A stretch of DNA of 64,000 bases from Octopus vulgaris (GCA_951406725.2 OX597833.1:9548001-9612000); one strand, 5' to 3'; counted from the first letter of the stretch, positions 27,317 to 42,000 are shown. The notes: generated by a model from the letters alone, not told the origin. A program made the numbers and translations.

Positions 27317-28122
27317 AAAATCATAAAATCTATGTCATGTCTGAATAATATATTTCGAAAGTTACTTCCTCTTGCTCATTATAATTTATTAAAAGTAATA
27401 TAATTGTATGTAAGGAAAGTAACTCTGGAAGATGTTATCTAGTTATCTCCCTTCCGAGAGTTGATTTTCCCTTCATATTTTTTTATTGTTAAATTATAAT
27501 ATTCAAGGGAAGTAACTGTAGAAGATACTTTGTAGTTATCTCCCTTAAGTATGTAGTCTTCGTAATATACACTTTGTCGCTCTTAGACCCTTTCAGTTAT
27601 TTCACTGTGACCATTGTGGAGCACCGCCTTTAGTGAAGCAAATCAACCCCAGGAATTATTCTTTGTATGCCTATTACTTAATGTATAGGTCTCTTTTGCA
27701 GAACCGATAAGTTACGGGGACGTAATGTTCGATATACTGATTTAGTAGGTATTTATTCATTGTAAGAATTTCAATTATCATAAATTATGGGCTAGAAAAA
27801 ATACTAGAAACTTTTTTAATAGACCTATTCGGGCTCCTTGTGTGTGTGGGACTGTTTTTATTTATGTGAGTGTGTGTATTTTCATTTCAGTGTTTGTGTG
27901 TGAGAGTGTTTTTATTTCTGTGTGAGCGACTGAGTGTTTCTATTTGTTTGTGTGTGTGCAACACTTACAACTACAACAAACACTTTGACCATTTGTAAGA
28001 TACCCACATTTGAGATCACTAAATACTAAATCAAAATAAGTTCAATTTATTGCACATTTATATATATATACACACACACACACATGTATGTGTTTGTGTA
28101 TTTATATGTCGTATATAGCGTC

Positions 28123-28159
<37 letters not shown>

Positions 28160-29218
28160 CAGATATACGTGAATATACCAACACACATATATGTAGTATC
28201 TAAAACAAAAAAGAAACTGTAAGGTATGGAATGGGAGTTCTTTCCGTTTTATTAAGAAAACTTGCATCTGTATGTGTGATAGTACGTGTGTCCGTGCATT
28301 CTCGTGTGCCCTTCGAGTGCAAACAAACACACACACACACACACACACATTTAAACATATGTACGACGAGATTCTGTCAGTTTTGTTCCACTAAATCCCA
28401 TCACAAGGATTAGCTAGGCCCTGGGCTTCAATAGTAGACAATTGCAGAAGATGACAGGCAGTGGGAATGAACCCGAAACCATGTGGTTCGTAAGCAAACT
28501 ACTTAGAACATAGCCATTCACACGTCGATATTCATGTATACGACGGCTTCTTTTAGTTTCCCTCTACAAACTCCACTCAGAATACATTGGTCGACCCTAG
28601 GCTATAGTCGAATACACTTGCCGAAGGTGCAACGCTGTTGGTTTGAACTCAGCACATTGCGGTTCGTGAGCAATCATTCTCACAGAAATGCGCGCACAAA
28701 CAGACACAGAATGTCACGGTTTAAAGGTCAACATGTTTAAAACATAAATAGCTACGAGTTTGCGTATATGCATGTATCTATGTGCATGAGTGCGGACGTC
28801 TGTTTCCAGAATGTCTCAGTTTTAAGGTCAACATATTTAAAACATAAATAGGTACGAGATTGCGTCTTTGCATGTATCTATATTCGTGGGTGTGGACGTG
28901 TGAGTGTTTGTGCGTGTGTGAGCACAGTCCACCTATACCCAAGCTGGTTGCATGTCTCATAAGAACCAGCCGTGAAAGTTCCGGATCACATTAATGAACT
29001 CATTTGCATACAAACAATTAGGTCTCGCCTTGAACTTGTCCGGTTAACAAACAGTAGTGTCTGAATGGGAATTAGCTTGCTTACCTAACAAATGTTATCG
29101 AGTTCAGTCCCACTGGGTGGCATGTTGGGCAAATGTCTTCTACTATAGTCTCTGGCCGACCAAAGCCTTGTGAGTGGATTTGGGAGACGGAAACTAAAAG
29201 AAGAATGTCGTATGTATA

Positions 29219-29269
<51 letters not shown>

Positions 29270-29787
29270 ATGTAGCAGTAAAAGTGGCTACGTAGGTTGC
29301 TTTCCAAACACGGTGATTCTGGTTCTGTCCAACTACGTGGCCCCATGGGCAAGTGTCTTCCAATATAGCCTCGGACAGACCAACAATTAGGTCTCGCCTT
29401 GAACTTGTCCGGTTAACAAACAGTAGTGTCTGAATGAGAATTAGCTTGCTTACCTAACAAATGTTTTCGAGTTCAGTCCCACTGGGTGGCATGTTGGGCA
29501 AATGTCTTCTACTATAGTCTCGGGCCGACCAAAGCCTTGTGAGTGGATTTGGGAGACGGAAACTAAAAGAAGACTGTCGTATGTATATATATAATATATA
29601 TATTTATATATATATAATGTAGCAGTAAGAGTGGCTACGTAGCTTGCTTTCCAAACACGGTGTTTCTGGTTCAGTCCGACTACGTGGCCCCATGGGCAAG
29701 TGTCTTCCAATATAGCCACGGACAGACCAACGTTTCTGAGTAGATTTGGTACACCGAAACAGAAAGTAGCCCGTTGTATATAGATAG

Positions 29788-29847
<60 letters not shown>

Positions 29848-32070
29848 TGAGACAGGTATATATTGACAGATATATGTATATACGTATAGATATTTAAACA
29901 TATATGGGATGGCCGTAATGGGACATCCGACTCACTAGAGAGAGCAGTTAAACTCCAAAAAATCGTAAAATCTATGTCATGTCTGAATAATATATTCGAA
30001 AGTTACTTCCTCTTGGTCATTATAATTTATTAAAAGTAATATAATTATATGTAAGGAAAGTAACTCTGGAAGATGTTATCTAGTTATCTCCCTTCCGAGA
30101 GTTAATTAATGTATAGGTCTCTTGCAGAACCGATAAGTTACGGGGACGTAATGTTCGATATACTGATTTAGTAGGTATTTATTCATTGTAAGAATTTCAA
30201 TTATCATAAATTATGGGCTAGGAAAAATACTAGAAACTTTTTTGATATACCTATTGGGGCTCCTTGTGTGTGTGGGACTGTTTTTATTTATGTGAGTGTG
30301 GGTATTTTCATTTCAGTGTTTGTGTGTGAGAGTGTTTTTATTTCTGTGTGCGCGAGTGTGTGAGCGACTGAGTGTTTCTATTTGTTTGTGTGTGTGCGAC
30401 ACTTACAACTACAACAAACACTTTGACCATTTGTAAGATATCCACTTTTGAGATCACTAAATACTAAATCAAAATAAGTTCAATTTATTGCACCTTTAGT
30501 GGCTTCAGATGTTGCTCATATTTTTCCCATGTGTCGTCAATGTATTAATTTCACAAGTGGATGACAGAAATTCTAATATAGGCGTGGAGGGAGTTGATAT
30601 TCTAACTGCGAGTGCAAAGCACCCAATGCCCCTCTACATTCTGAATAAATTGTATGTTTGTGCTAGTTACGGTTAGGGTTTTATGTGTGAGTGTGTAACT
30701 GCGTTTTCATTTCTGTGTGTGGGTGCTTATGTTTGTGTGTTTGTGCGTATGTTAGTGTGTGAGAGTTTGGATATGTTACCGTATTTTCCATTTGTATTTT
30801 TGTGTGTCTGTGTTTGTGCATGTGTAGGTATGTAACTGTTTTCATTTCTGTGTTTGTCCGCGTGTTTGAGTGTGTGAATATGTATCTGTATTTTTATTTG
30901 TGTTTGTCTTTGTGTGTATGTGAGTGTTTTTGTGAGAATTTTTTTTCAGTGTTTGTGTGCGTGGGACTTTTTATATGTGTGTGTGTTGCTATTTTCATTT
31001 AAGTGTCTGTGTTTGTGTGAATGTTTTTATTTTTGTGTGTACGTGTGTGTGAGCGACTGTGTTTTTATTCGTTTGTTTGTGCGACAATTACAGCTACAAC
31101 AAACACTACTGTACCCCAAGGCCGACCTAATCCTTGTGATTGGATTTAGTGGAAGGAAACTGATAAAATACCATCGTATATATGTTTAAATGTGTGCGTG
31201 TGTGTGTGTGCGTTTGTTCGCACTCGAAGGGCACAACTTATTGAAAACATAAAATAGCTTTGCATGTATCTATGTGCGGAAGTGTGGGTATTTGTTCGTG
31301 TGTGAGCACACTCCACACATACCCAAGGTTGTCGCATCGGCTGTGACCCAACCGCGAAAGTCTGTTTTACCCAGACATACACATACAGATATACGTGTAT
31401 ATACCCACGCACGTATATGTAGTGTCTAAAACAAAAAAGAAGCTAAGGGATGGAATGTGAGTTCTTTCCGTTTTATTAAGAAAACTTGCATCTACATGTG
31501 TGATAGTACGTGAATGCATTCTCGTGTGCCCTTCGAGTGTCATTATTACTTTATTACAGATATTACAACATGAAACGTATTATATGACGTTAGGGAAGTA
31601 ACTCTAGGAGATATTTTCTGCTATCTCCCTAGTGAACATGGACTTTTCTCGTTATTTACTCTTTTACTCTCATTTGTTTCAGTCATTTGACTGTGGCCAT
31701 GTTGGAGCACGACCTTTAGTCGAGCATACCGACCCCAGGACTTATTCATTGTAGGCCTAGTGCTTATTCTATCAGTCTCTTTCGCTGAACCTCTAAGTTA
31801 TGGGGACGTAAACAGACTAATATCCGTTGTGTAGCAATGTTTGGGAACAAAGACACACACGCACACATAAACATATATATGACTGGAGTTTTCCAGTTTC
31901 CTTCCACCAAATCCAATCACAAGGCTTTGGTCGGCTCGGGGCTATAGTAGATTTTTCAAACGATGCTGGTGTGTTTTTCGCCCTGTATTTCAGCGGCTCG
32001 GCAGAAAAGAATAAGTTAGAATAAATACTAGGCTTAGAAAGAATAAGTGCTGCTGACGATGTGCTCGAAG
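26530..32070 (+). repeat. Mosaic of locally duplicated blocks containing diverged SINE-A heads
   Basis: 26532-27270 matches 28670-29790; 27315-28055 matches 29960-30490 and 39160-39890; 30200-31100 matches 39600-40500; 31540-32050 matches 41070-41585. Confidence 0.85.
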
Positions 32071-32129
32071 AAGATAGATATATATATATATATATATATA
32101 TTTATAAAGATATATCAGATATATATAAA

Positions 32130-33780
32130 CTTAGATATGTTTCGACCAAAGATTGGTCCAGGACATGTCTAACTTAATAGCACCACCTGATAGGATTATT
32201 CGAATCCTGTTTAAGTCAAGTTTTGTTCAAGTAGTGAGTTCTTGTTGGGTGAGTTGTATCCAGTTTTGTTCAAGTAGTGAGTTCTTGTTGGGTGACTTGT
32301 ATCCAATTATGGGTGGCTTATCTGGTATTCTTTGAAGGAATCTATCCAGACTCTGTTTAAAGTTGATGGGATCCTTTTCCTCTTTGATCTCTCTCGGGAC
32401 AATGTTAAATAGGGCAGGGCCTGTTGAGGAAAAGAAATTATGTTGCAGTGTACATGTATGTTGTGATCTTGAATTGGGCAGGGGACGTATAGCCCGTGGT
32501 CCAAGTCTTGGATGAACCTTGAAGCTAATGTTTAGGTCGTTTGGGCATAGTTGGCGGTATATTTTCCACATCGTACAAATGATGTACCGCTCACGCTGGA
32601 GGGAGTAAAGTTTCAAGGCTTTAAGGCAATCCCAATAATCGAGAGCAGCCATGCCTTCAATTCGTTTAGTGAGTGCCCTCTGGGGTGACTCAATTCTGGA
32701 GATGTTTAGTCTTGTTTGAGGAGACCACAGTGGGCAGCAGTATTCAAGGTGTGGCCGTACAAAGGAGGAAAAAAGTGGTATGATGACACCTTGTTCTCTG
32801 GACCGGAAAGTTCTTAAGATCCAGGAACTCATCCTACGAGCTATATCGACCTTCTTGTTGATGTGTGCACTCCAACTGTGATGGTCATCAACAATTACAC
32901 CCAGTTCTCTGATATTGTTAGAGGCTGTGAGCGGTTCCCCTGAAGGAAGAGAGTATGGCTGTTTTAGTGAGGAGTTTCTTCCAAAATGCATCAGCTCAAA
33001 TTTTCCCTCGTTTAGTTGTATTTTGTTTCTGTTTGCCCATTGACTCACAGCATATAGATCAGACTGGAGTTGAGTTCGGTCTGCTTCTTCATTGACGATT
33101 TACTGGAGCTTGGTGTCATCAGCAAATATTTTCACTTTGCAGTAATGTACGACACTGGAAAGGTCGTTTATGTAGATTATGAAGAGTAGCGGACCCAAGA
33201 CAGTCCCCTGGGGGTCACCACTGGTGGTGACTTTTGCTGGGCTTGAGTGGACTCCATCAACTACAACATGTTGTGTTGTATTCGCCAGGAAATACTTGAT
33301 CCAGTGTAGAACTTCAATGTGGTGTAAGAGCTGTGTTAGACAGTCCCTGCCACAGCGAAAGCCATGCTGTTATGCATTTAGGAGTTTGTGGGTCTCCAGG
33401 AAGTCAGCCATCCTTGATCTTAACACTCTTTCAAACACTTTGATGATGTGGGAGGTGAGTGAGATTGGGCGATAGTTGAGTGCGAGGGATCTGTTTCCCT
33501 GTTTGAAAACCGGGATGACTGACTGGGATAGAAACTGTTTTGGTATATAACCTGCATCTAACGAATTTCTCCAGAGGTTGGTCAGTGGGACTGCAAGTTG
33601 GTGTTTACATTCCTTCAGGAGACTAACGGGGAATCCTATCAGGGCCTACAGCAGAGTAGTATTTGACCTCATTTATTGCTGCTACGATGTCAGTGGGAGT
33701 GAAGGTTATGTCTGCAATTTTGTGTTGGGAGTCAACTTCGTTCGCTTCTCTTACGTCAATATCAGTGGGAACACTAAAAG
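32130..33780 (-). mobile_element. CR1/L2-group LINE, 5'-truncated and internally deleted, with a 3' stem-loop
   Basis: NYRPISLTSHIIKVFERV, PQGTVLGPLLFIIYINDL and KIFADDTKL RT motifs; the 273-aa C-terminal ORF 32227-33048 contains VRPHLEYCCPLWSP. Confidence 0.92.
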
Positions 33781-34411
33781 ACAGCAGTATTGTTTCTGCA
33801 ATATATATATATATAGAGAGAAACATGTATATACATATAGATATTTATATATATGTATATGTGTGTATGTTTCGGTGTCCCCAAAACCGCTTGACAACCA
33901 ATGCCGGTGTTTTTTACACTCCATTAACTTATCCGTTCGGGAAAAGAAGACCAACAGAATAAATACTAGACTGACGTAGATAAAAGTCCTAGTGTCGATT
34001 TGCTCTAGAAAAGGCTGTGCTCTAGCAGTGGCACAGTGAAATGACTAAACAAGGAAAAGAGTAAAAGTGTATGCGGTACATCTGAACATTATATTGTAGA
34101 GTTAATTAGCTTCCATAATACATTTTGATAATAGTCACGTATTTAAATGTAAGGGAGGTAACTTTTGAAGATTTTTAAAGTTATCCCCCTTTGTAGAGTT
34201 ACCCCTTTGAACTTTACAATTTAATAATACATAATAGTTATTTAATTAGATGTAAGGGAGGTGACTCTGAAAGATTTTTTAGTTATCTCCCTTTCTAGAG
34301 TTACTCCCCTTCTATATATATTATTAACTTATAACGTGAAGGTAAGTAACTCTACGAAGGAAGATAACTCTAAAATCTTCCCGAGTTCCCTTATATCTAA
34401 TTAAATTACTT

Positions 34412-34742
34412 TTACTCTTATACTTGTTTCAGTCATTTGACTGCGGCCATGCTGGAGCACCACCTTTTAGTACTTATTCTATCGGTCTCTTTTTGTCGAA
34501 CCGCTAAGTGACGGGGACCTAAATACACCAGCATCGGTTGTCAAGCAATGCTAGGGGGACAAACACACACACATATACATATACATACGACAGGCTTCCT
34601 TCAGTTTCCGTCTACCAAATCCACTAACAAGGCATTGGTCGGCCCGGGGCTATAGCAGAAGACACTTGCCCAAGATGCCACGCAATTGGACTGAACCCGG
34701 AACTATGTGGTTGGTTAGCAAGCTACTTACCACTGCTTCGCC
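34412..34742 (-). mobile_element. SINE family A
   Basis: Reverse complement of the family A consensus with an internal deletion. Confidence 0.85.
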
Positions 34743-34844
34743 TATTATGTATTAAATTATATATTCTAGGGAAGTGACTCTAGAAAGGGAAATAGGTACA
34801 AGATTTTCCACAGTTACTTCCCTTACATGTAATTACATTACGAT

Positions 34845-34910
34845 TGGGGTTGGGTTGGGTTGGGTTAGGGTTAGGGTTAGTTTCAGGGTCGGGATTGGGG
34901 TTGGGGTTAG
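34845..34910 (+). repeat. Degenerate telomeric (TTAGGG/TTGGG)n tract
   Basis: gggttgggttgggttagggttagggttag...ggggttggggttag. Confidence 0.75.
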
Positions 34911-36756
34911 CCTCGTTCACACATCATGCGTCCATGGAAACAAGCCTCGTTCACACATCATGCGTCCATACAAACAAGCCTCGTTCACTCGTCATGCGTC
35001 CACACAAACAAGCCTCGGTTACCCATCATGCGTCCATACAAACAAGCCTCGTTCACACATCATGCGTCCATACAAACAAGCCTCGTTCACCCGTCATGCG
35101 TCCATACAAACAAGCCTCGTTCACCCGTCATGCGTCCATACAAACAAGCCTCGTTCACCCGTCATGCGTCCATACAAACAAGCCTCGTTCACCCGTCATG
35201 CGTCCATACAAACAAGCCTCGTTCACTCGTCATGCGTCCATACAAACAAGACTCGTTCACCCGTCATGCGTCCATACAAACAAGCCTCGTTCACCCGTCA
35301 TGCGTCCATACAAACAAGCCTCGTTCACCCGTCATGCGTCCATACAAACAAGCCTCGTTCACCCGTCATGCGTCCATACAAACAAGCCTCGTTCACACGT
35401 CATGCGTCCATACAAACAAGCCTCGTTCACACGTCATGCGTCCATACAAACAAGCCTCGTTCACACATGCGTCCATACAAACAAGCCTCGTTCACATCAT
35501 GCGTCCATACAAACAAGCCTCGTTCACCCGTCATGCGTCCATACAAACATGCCTCGTTCACCCGTCATGCGTCCATACAAACAAGCCTCGTTCACCCGTC
35601 ATGCGTCCATACAAACAAGCCTCGTTCACACGTCATGCGTCCATACAAACAAGCCTCGTTAACACGTCATGCGTCCATACAAACAAGCCTCGTTTACACG
35701 TCATGCTTCCATACAAACAAGCCTCGTTCACACATCATGCGTCTATACAAACAAGCCTCGTTCACCCGTCATGCGTCTATACAAACAAGCCTCGTTCACC
35801 CGTCATGCGTCTATACAAACAAGCCTCGTTCACACATGCGTCTATACAAACAAGCCTCGTTCACCCGTCATGCGTCCATACAAACAATCCTTGTTCATCG
35901 TCATGCGTCCATACAAACAATCCTCGTTCACCCGTAATGCGTCCATACAAACAAGCCTCGTTCACACGTCATGCGTCTATACAAACGAGCCTCGTTCACA
36001 CATGCGTCCATACAAACAAGCCTCGTTAACACATCATGCGTCCATACAAACAAGCCTCGTTCACCCGTATGCATGCGTCCATACAAACAAGCCTCGTTCA
36101 CCCGTCATGCGTCCATACAAAGAAGCATCGTTCACCCGTCATGCGTCCATACAAACAAGCCTCGTTCACCCGTCATGCGTCCATTCAAACAAGCCTCGTT
36201 CACACGTCATGCGTCCATACAAACAAGCCTCGTTTACACGTCATGCGTCCATACAAACAAGCCTCGTTCACCCGTCATGCGTCTATACAAACAAGCCTCG
36301 TTCACCCGTCATGCGTCTATACAAACAAGCCTCGTTCACCCGTCATGCGTCTATACAAACAAGCCTCGTTCACACATGCGTCTATACAAACAAGCCTCGT
36401 TCACCCGTCATGCGTCCATACAAACAATCCTTGTTCATCCGTCATGCGTCCATACAAACAATCCTCGTTCACCCGTAATGCGTCCATACAAACAAGCCTC
36501 GTTCACCCGTCATGCGTCTATACAAACAAGCCTCGTTCACACATCATGCGTCAATACAAACAAGCCTCGTTCACACATCATGCGTCCATACAAACAAGCC
36601 TCGTTCACACATCATTCGTCCATACAAATATGCCTCGTTCACATCATGCGTCCATACAAACAAGCCTCGTTCACACATCATTCGTCCATACAAACAAGCT
36701 TCGTTCACACATCATGCGTTCATACACACAAGCCTCGTTCACACATGCGTCCATAC
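34911..36756 (+). repeat. 34-bp satellite (about 54 copies)
   Basis: Monomer cctcgttcacccgtcatgcgtccatacaaacaag. Confidence 0.97.
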
Positions 36757-36770
36757 ATAGATTTTCATAC

Positions 36771-36912
36771 ATTCAGGGGCTTTTAATTCAGGGGCAGGTA
36801 ATTCAGGGGCAGGTAATTCATTGGAATCAAATTCAGGGGCAGGTAATTCAGGGGCATGTAATTGAGGAGCAGGTACTTAAGGGGCATGTAATTCAGGGGC
36901 ATGTAATTCAGG
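36771..36912 (+). repeat. Short 15-bp minisatellite array
   Basis: taattcaggggca(g/t)g, about 9 copies. Confidence 0.9.
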
Positions 36913-36919
36913 GTTAGTG

Positions 36920-37113
36920 AGTGTAACTGTATTTTTCATTTCTATTTGTGTGTGTCTGTGTGTTTGTGCATGTGTACGTATGTAACTGTTCTAATTTCTG
37001 TGTTTGACCGCGTGTTTGAGTGTGAATATGTATCTGTATTTTCATTTGTGTGTTTGTGTTTGTGCGTATGTGAGTGTGTGTGTCTGAGTAGTTTTTTTCA
37101 GTGTTTGTTTAGG

Positions 37114-37146
<33 letters not shown>

Positions 37147-37165
37147 TATATGTTTAGGAGATATG

Positions 37166-37220
<55 letters not shown>

Positions 37221-38415
37221 ATGGCCATAATGGGACATCCGACTCACTAGAGAGAGCAGTTAAACTCCAAAAAATCGTAAAAGTGTGTCATATCTGAATA
37301 ATATAATTGAGAGTTACTTCCCTCGCATATTATAATTTAACGAAAGTAATTAAATTACATTTACGGAAAGTAACTCTGGAAGATGTTATCTAGTTATCTC
37401 CCTTCCGAGAGTTAATTTCCTAAAATATAATTTTATTATTGTTAAAATATAATATTCAAGGGAAGTAACTGTTAGAAGATACTGTGTAGTTATCTCCCTT
37501 AAGTATGTAGTTATCGTAATATACACTTTGTCGCTCTTAGACTCTTTCAGTTAATTCACTGTGACCATGGTGGAGCACCGCCTTTAGTGAAGCAAATCAA
37601 CCACAGGAATTATTATTTGTAAGCCTATTACTTAATGTATAGGTCTCTTTTGCAGAACCGATAAGTTACTGCGTTTTCATTTCTGTGTGTTTGTGCGTAT
37701 GTGAGTGTGTGAGAGTTTGGATGTGTAACTGTGTCTTTTTCGTTGCTATATGTGTGTGTGTGTGTTTGTGCGTGTGTAGGTATGTAACTGTTTTCATTTC
37801 AGTGTTTGTGTATGTGTGAATGATTTTATTTCTGTGTGTAAGTGTGTGTGAGCCTCTGTGTGTTTTTATTCGTTTGTGTGTGTGCGACAATTACAGCTAC
37901 AACAAACACTTTAAGCATCTCTAAGATACCCACATTTGTATATCCCTAATTTCTAAATGAAAAGAAGTTCAATTTATTGCACCTTTAGCGACTTCAGATT
38001 TGCGAGTGTTAAGCACCCCGTATATACATATCTTGATCGGCCATAATTGGCCTCATTCGGAGATCTCTCGGGTGTGGAATATTTATGACTATAGAAGTTA
38101 ACTTGTTACAGGTTTTGTTTTTGGCTCAACTTTTGTAGATTTTGGGAAGTCCATAGATGTTACTGGCTTTGCAGTGAAATCTAGTCAAGCAATTTGTCTG
38201 GTTTTTTGTTAAATCGTGTTGGAACTGGTGGATAAGAGTAGACAGTTTGGTCATTATCTTCGATTGACTGTAGTTGTTGATGCTTTTAACCGATACAGGT
38301 GTGTTTTACTCCCTGTATTTTAGCGGTTCGGCAAAAGAGAACAAGTTAGAATAAATACTAGGCTTACAAAGAATATGTGCTGCGGACGATGTGCTCGATT
38401 AAAGGCGGCGCTCCA

Positions 38416-38468
<53 letters not shown>

Positions 38469-41400
38469 CAGATATACGTATATATACCCACACACGCATA
38501 TATATATAATCTAAAACAAAAATGAAACTTGATTATGTCCGAAGAGTAGTACTAGATAACATTATTACTTTATATATTTGTGGGGTGTAGTGAAATGTAA
38601 ATGATCAGCTGGTCAATATTTATTTGACGTGTGGGTGTTTGTGCGTGTGTGAGGACAGTCCACCCATACCCAAGATTGTTGCGTTGTCTTATGGGACCCA
38701 GCCGCGAAAGTTCCGGACCCCATTAATTAACTCATTTGCATATCAACAATTAGGGCTCACATTGAAGTTGTCCGGTTAACAAACAGTAGTGTCTGAATGG
38801 GAATTAGCTTGCTTACCTAACAATTACTTCCGAGTTCAGTCCCACTGAGTGGCACGTTAGGCAAATGTCTTCTACTAGCATATAGGCTCGAGGCGATAAT
38901 AACTGTCTCGAGTCTATATGATATTACTTTTCCAAATCCACCACCTCTAGCGTGGTTTTCTCAGCAGTAAATATAAACTAGATAGATATTTATATATATG
39001 TTTCTGTGTCCCCAAAACCGCTTGACAACCGATGCTGGTCTTTTTACACTCCAGTAACTTCGGGAAAAGACGACCAATAAATAATATTCTAGGCTGTCAT
39101 AGAGTAAGTCCTAGTGTCGATTTGCTCTAGAAAAGCGTTAAAGGGTGTGTGTCACGTCTGAATTATATATTCTAGAGCTATTTCTCTCGCATATTATAAT
39201 TTAATAAAAGTAAAATAATTATATGTAAGGAAAGTAACTCTGGAAGATGTTATCTAGTTATCTCCCTTCCGAGAGTTAATATCCTAAAATATTTTATTAT
39301 TGTTAAAATATAATATTCAAGGGAAGTAACTGTAGAAGATACTCTGTAGTTATCTCCCTTAAGTATGTAGTTATCGTAATATACACTTTGTCGCTCTTAT
39401 ACTCTTTCAGTTATTTCACTGTGACCATGGTGGAGCACCGCCTTTAGTCAAGCAAATCAACCCCAGCAATTATTCTTTGTATGCCTATTACTTAACGTAT
39501 AGGTCTCTTTTGCAGAACCGATAAGTTACGGGGACGTAATGTTCGATGTACTGATTTAGTAGGTATTTATTTATTGTAAGAACTTCAATTATTATAAATT
39601 ATGGGCTAGGAAAAATACTAGAAACTTTTTTGATAGACCTATTGGGGCTCCTTGTGTGTGTGGGACTGTTTTTATTTATGTGAGTATGGGTATTTTCATT
39701 TCAGTGGTTGTTTGTGTGTGTGTGAGAGTGTTTTTATTTCTGTGTGCGCGAGTGTGTGAGCGACTGAGTGTTTCTATTTGTTTGTGTGTGTGCGACACTT
39801 ACAAATGCAACAAGCACTTTGACCATTTATAAGATACCCACATTTGAGATCACTAACTACTAAATCAAAATAAGTTCAATTTATTGCACCTTTAGTGACT
39901 TCAGATGTTGCTCATATTTTTCCCATGTGTCGACAATGTATTAATTTCACAAGTGGATAAAAGAAATTCTCATACTGGCGTGGAGGGGGCTGATATTCTA
40001 ACTGCGAGTGCAAAGCACCCAATGCCCCTTTACATTCTGAATAACTTGTATGTTTGTGCTAGTTAGGGTTAGGGTTTATGTGTGAGTGTGTAACTGTGTT
40101 TTCATTTCTGTGTGTGGGTGCTTATGTTTGTGTGTATGTGTGTTTGTGCGTATGTTAGTGTGTTAGAGTTTGGATGTGTTACCGTATTTTCCATTTGTAT
40201 TTGTGTGTGTCTGTGTTTGTGCATGTGTAGGTATGTAACTGTTTTCATTTCTGTGTTTGTCCGCGTGTTTGAGTGTGTGAATATGTATCTGTATTTTTAT
40301 TTTTTGTGCGTATGTGAGTGTTTTTGTGAGAATTTTTTTTTCAGTGTTTGTGTGCGTGGGACTTTTTATATGTGTGTGTGTTGCTATTTTCATTTCAGTG
40401 TCTGTGTTTGTGTGAATGTTTTTATTTTTGTGTGTACGTGTGTGTGAGCGACTGTTTTTATTCGTTTGTTTGTGCGACGATTACAGCTACAGCAGACACT
40501 TTAAGCATCTCCAAGATACCCACATTTGCAGATCCCTAAGTTCTAAATGAAAAGAAGTTCAATTTATTGCACCTTTAGCGACTTCAGATTTGCGAGTGTT
40601 AAGCACCCAATGCCTCCCGTATCTACATACCTGGATTGGCCATAATTGGCCTCATTCGGAGATCTCTCGGGTGTGGAATATTTATAACTATAGAAGTTAA
40701 CTTGTTACAGGTTTTGTTTATGGCTTAACTTTTGTAGATTTTGGGAAGTTCATAGATGTTACTGGCTTTGCAGTGAAATCTAGTCAAGCAATTTGTCTCC
40801 TTTTTTGTTAAATCGTGTTGGAACTGGTGGATAAAAGTAGACAGTTTGGTCATTACCTTCGAACGACTGTAGCTGTTTTACTCCCTGTATTTTAGCGGTT
40901 CGGCAAAAGAGAATAAAATACTAGGCTTACAAAGAAGTGCTGCGGACGATGTGATCGACTAAAGGCGGCGCTCCAGTATTTATATATATATATATATACT
41001 TACAGATATACGTGTATATACCCACATACGCATATATACTATATAAAACAAAAAAGAAACTTGATTATGTCATTATTACTTTCTTACAGATATTACAACA
41101 TGAAACGTATTATATGACGTTAGGGAAGTAACTCTAGGAGATATTTTCTGCTATCTCCCTAGTTAACAGGTCATGGACTTTTCTCGTTATTTAACTCTTT
41201 TACTCTCATTTACTTGTTTCAGTCATTTGACTGTGGCCATGTTGGAGCACGACCTTTAGTCGAGCATATCGACCCCAGGACTTATTCATTGTAGGCCTAG
41301 TGCTTATTCTATCAGTCTATTTCGCTGAACCTCTAAGTTATGGGGACGTAAACAGACTAGCATCCGTTGTGTAGCAATGTTTGGGAACAAAGACACACAC

Positions 41401-41585
41401 GCACACATATAAACATATATATGACTGGAGTTTTCCAGTTTCCTTCCACCAAATCCAATCACAAGGCTTTGGTCGGCTCGGGGCTATAGTAGATTTTTCT
41501 GGTGTGTTTTCCTCCCTGTATTTCAGCGGCTCGGCAGAAAAGAATAAGTTAGAATAAATACTAGGCTTAGAAAAAATAAGTGCTG
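36920..41585 (+). repeat. Second mosaic of segmental-duplication blocks
   Basis: Paralogous to 2450-3990, 27315-28055, 29905-31100, 31540-32050 and 33840-34010. Confidence 0.85.
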
Positions 41586-41986
41586 CCTCGTTCACCCATC
41601 ATGCGTCCATACAAACATGCCTCGTTCACCCATCATGCGTCCATACAAACATGCCTCGTTCACACATCATGCGTCCATACAAACATGCCTCGTTCACACA
41701 TCATGCGTCCATACAAACAAGCCTCTTTCACACATCATGCGTCCATACAAACAAGCCACGTTCACACATCATGCGTCCACTCATACACACCTGGTTCACA
41801 CATAATGCGTCCATTCAAACAAGCCTCGTTCACACATCATGCGTCCATATAACCAAGCCTCGTTCACACATCATGCGTTCATACAAACAAGCCTCGTTCA
41901 CACATCATGCGTCCATACAAATATGCCTCGTTCACACATCTTGCGTCCATACAAACAAGCCTCGTTCACACATCATGCGTCCATAC
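41585..41986 (+). repeat. 34-bp satellite, second array (about 12 copies)
   Basis: Same monomer, mostly the cacatc variant. Confidence 0.95.
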
Positions 41987-42000
41987 ATAGATATTCATAC

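Noticed and set aside
32130-32175. Hairpin plus GAAAC-ATAT resembling an HHR half
   Set aside because: No CUGAnGA core; better explained as a LINE 3' stem-loop.
34911-36756. CRISPR-like appearance of 34-bp repeats
   Set aside because: No unique spacers, no cas genes, eukaryotic context.
34774-36917. Long ORFs (up to 387 aa) of repeating MRPYKQASFTRHASIQTSLVH
   Set aside because: All three frames are open because the 34-bp monomer lacks stops on this strand; indels are not frame-preserving.
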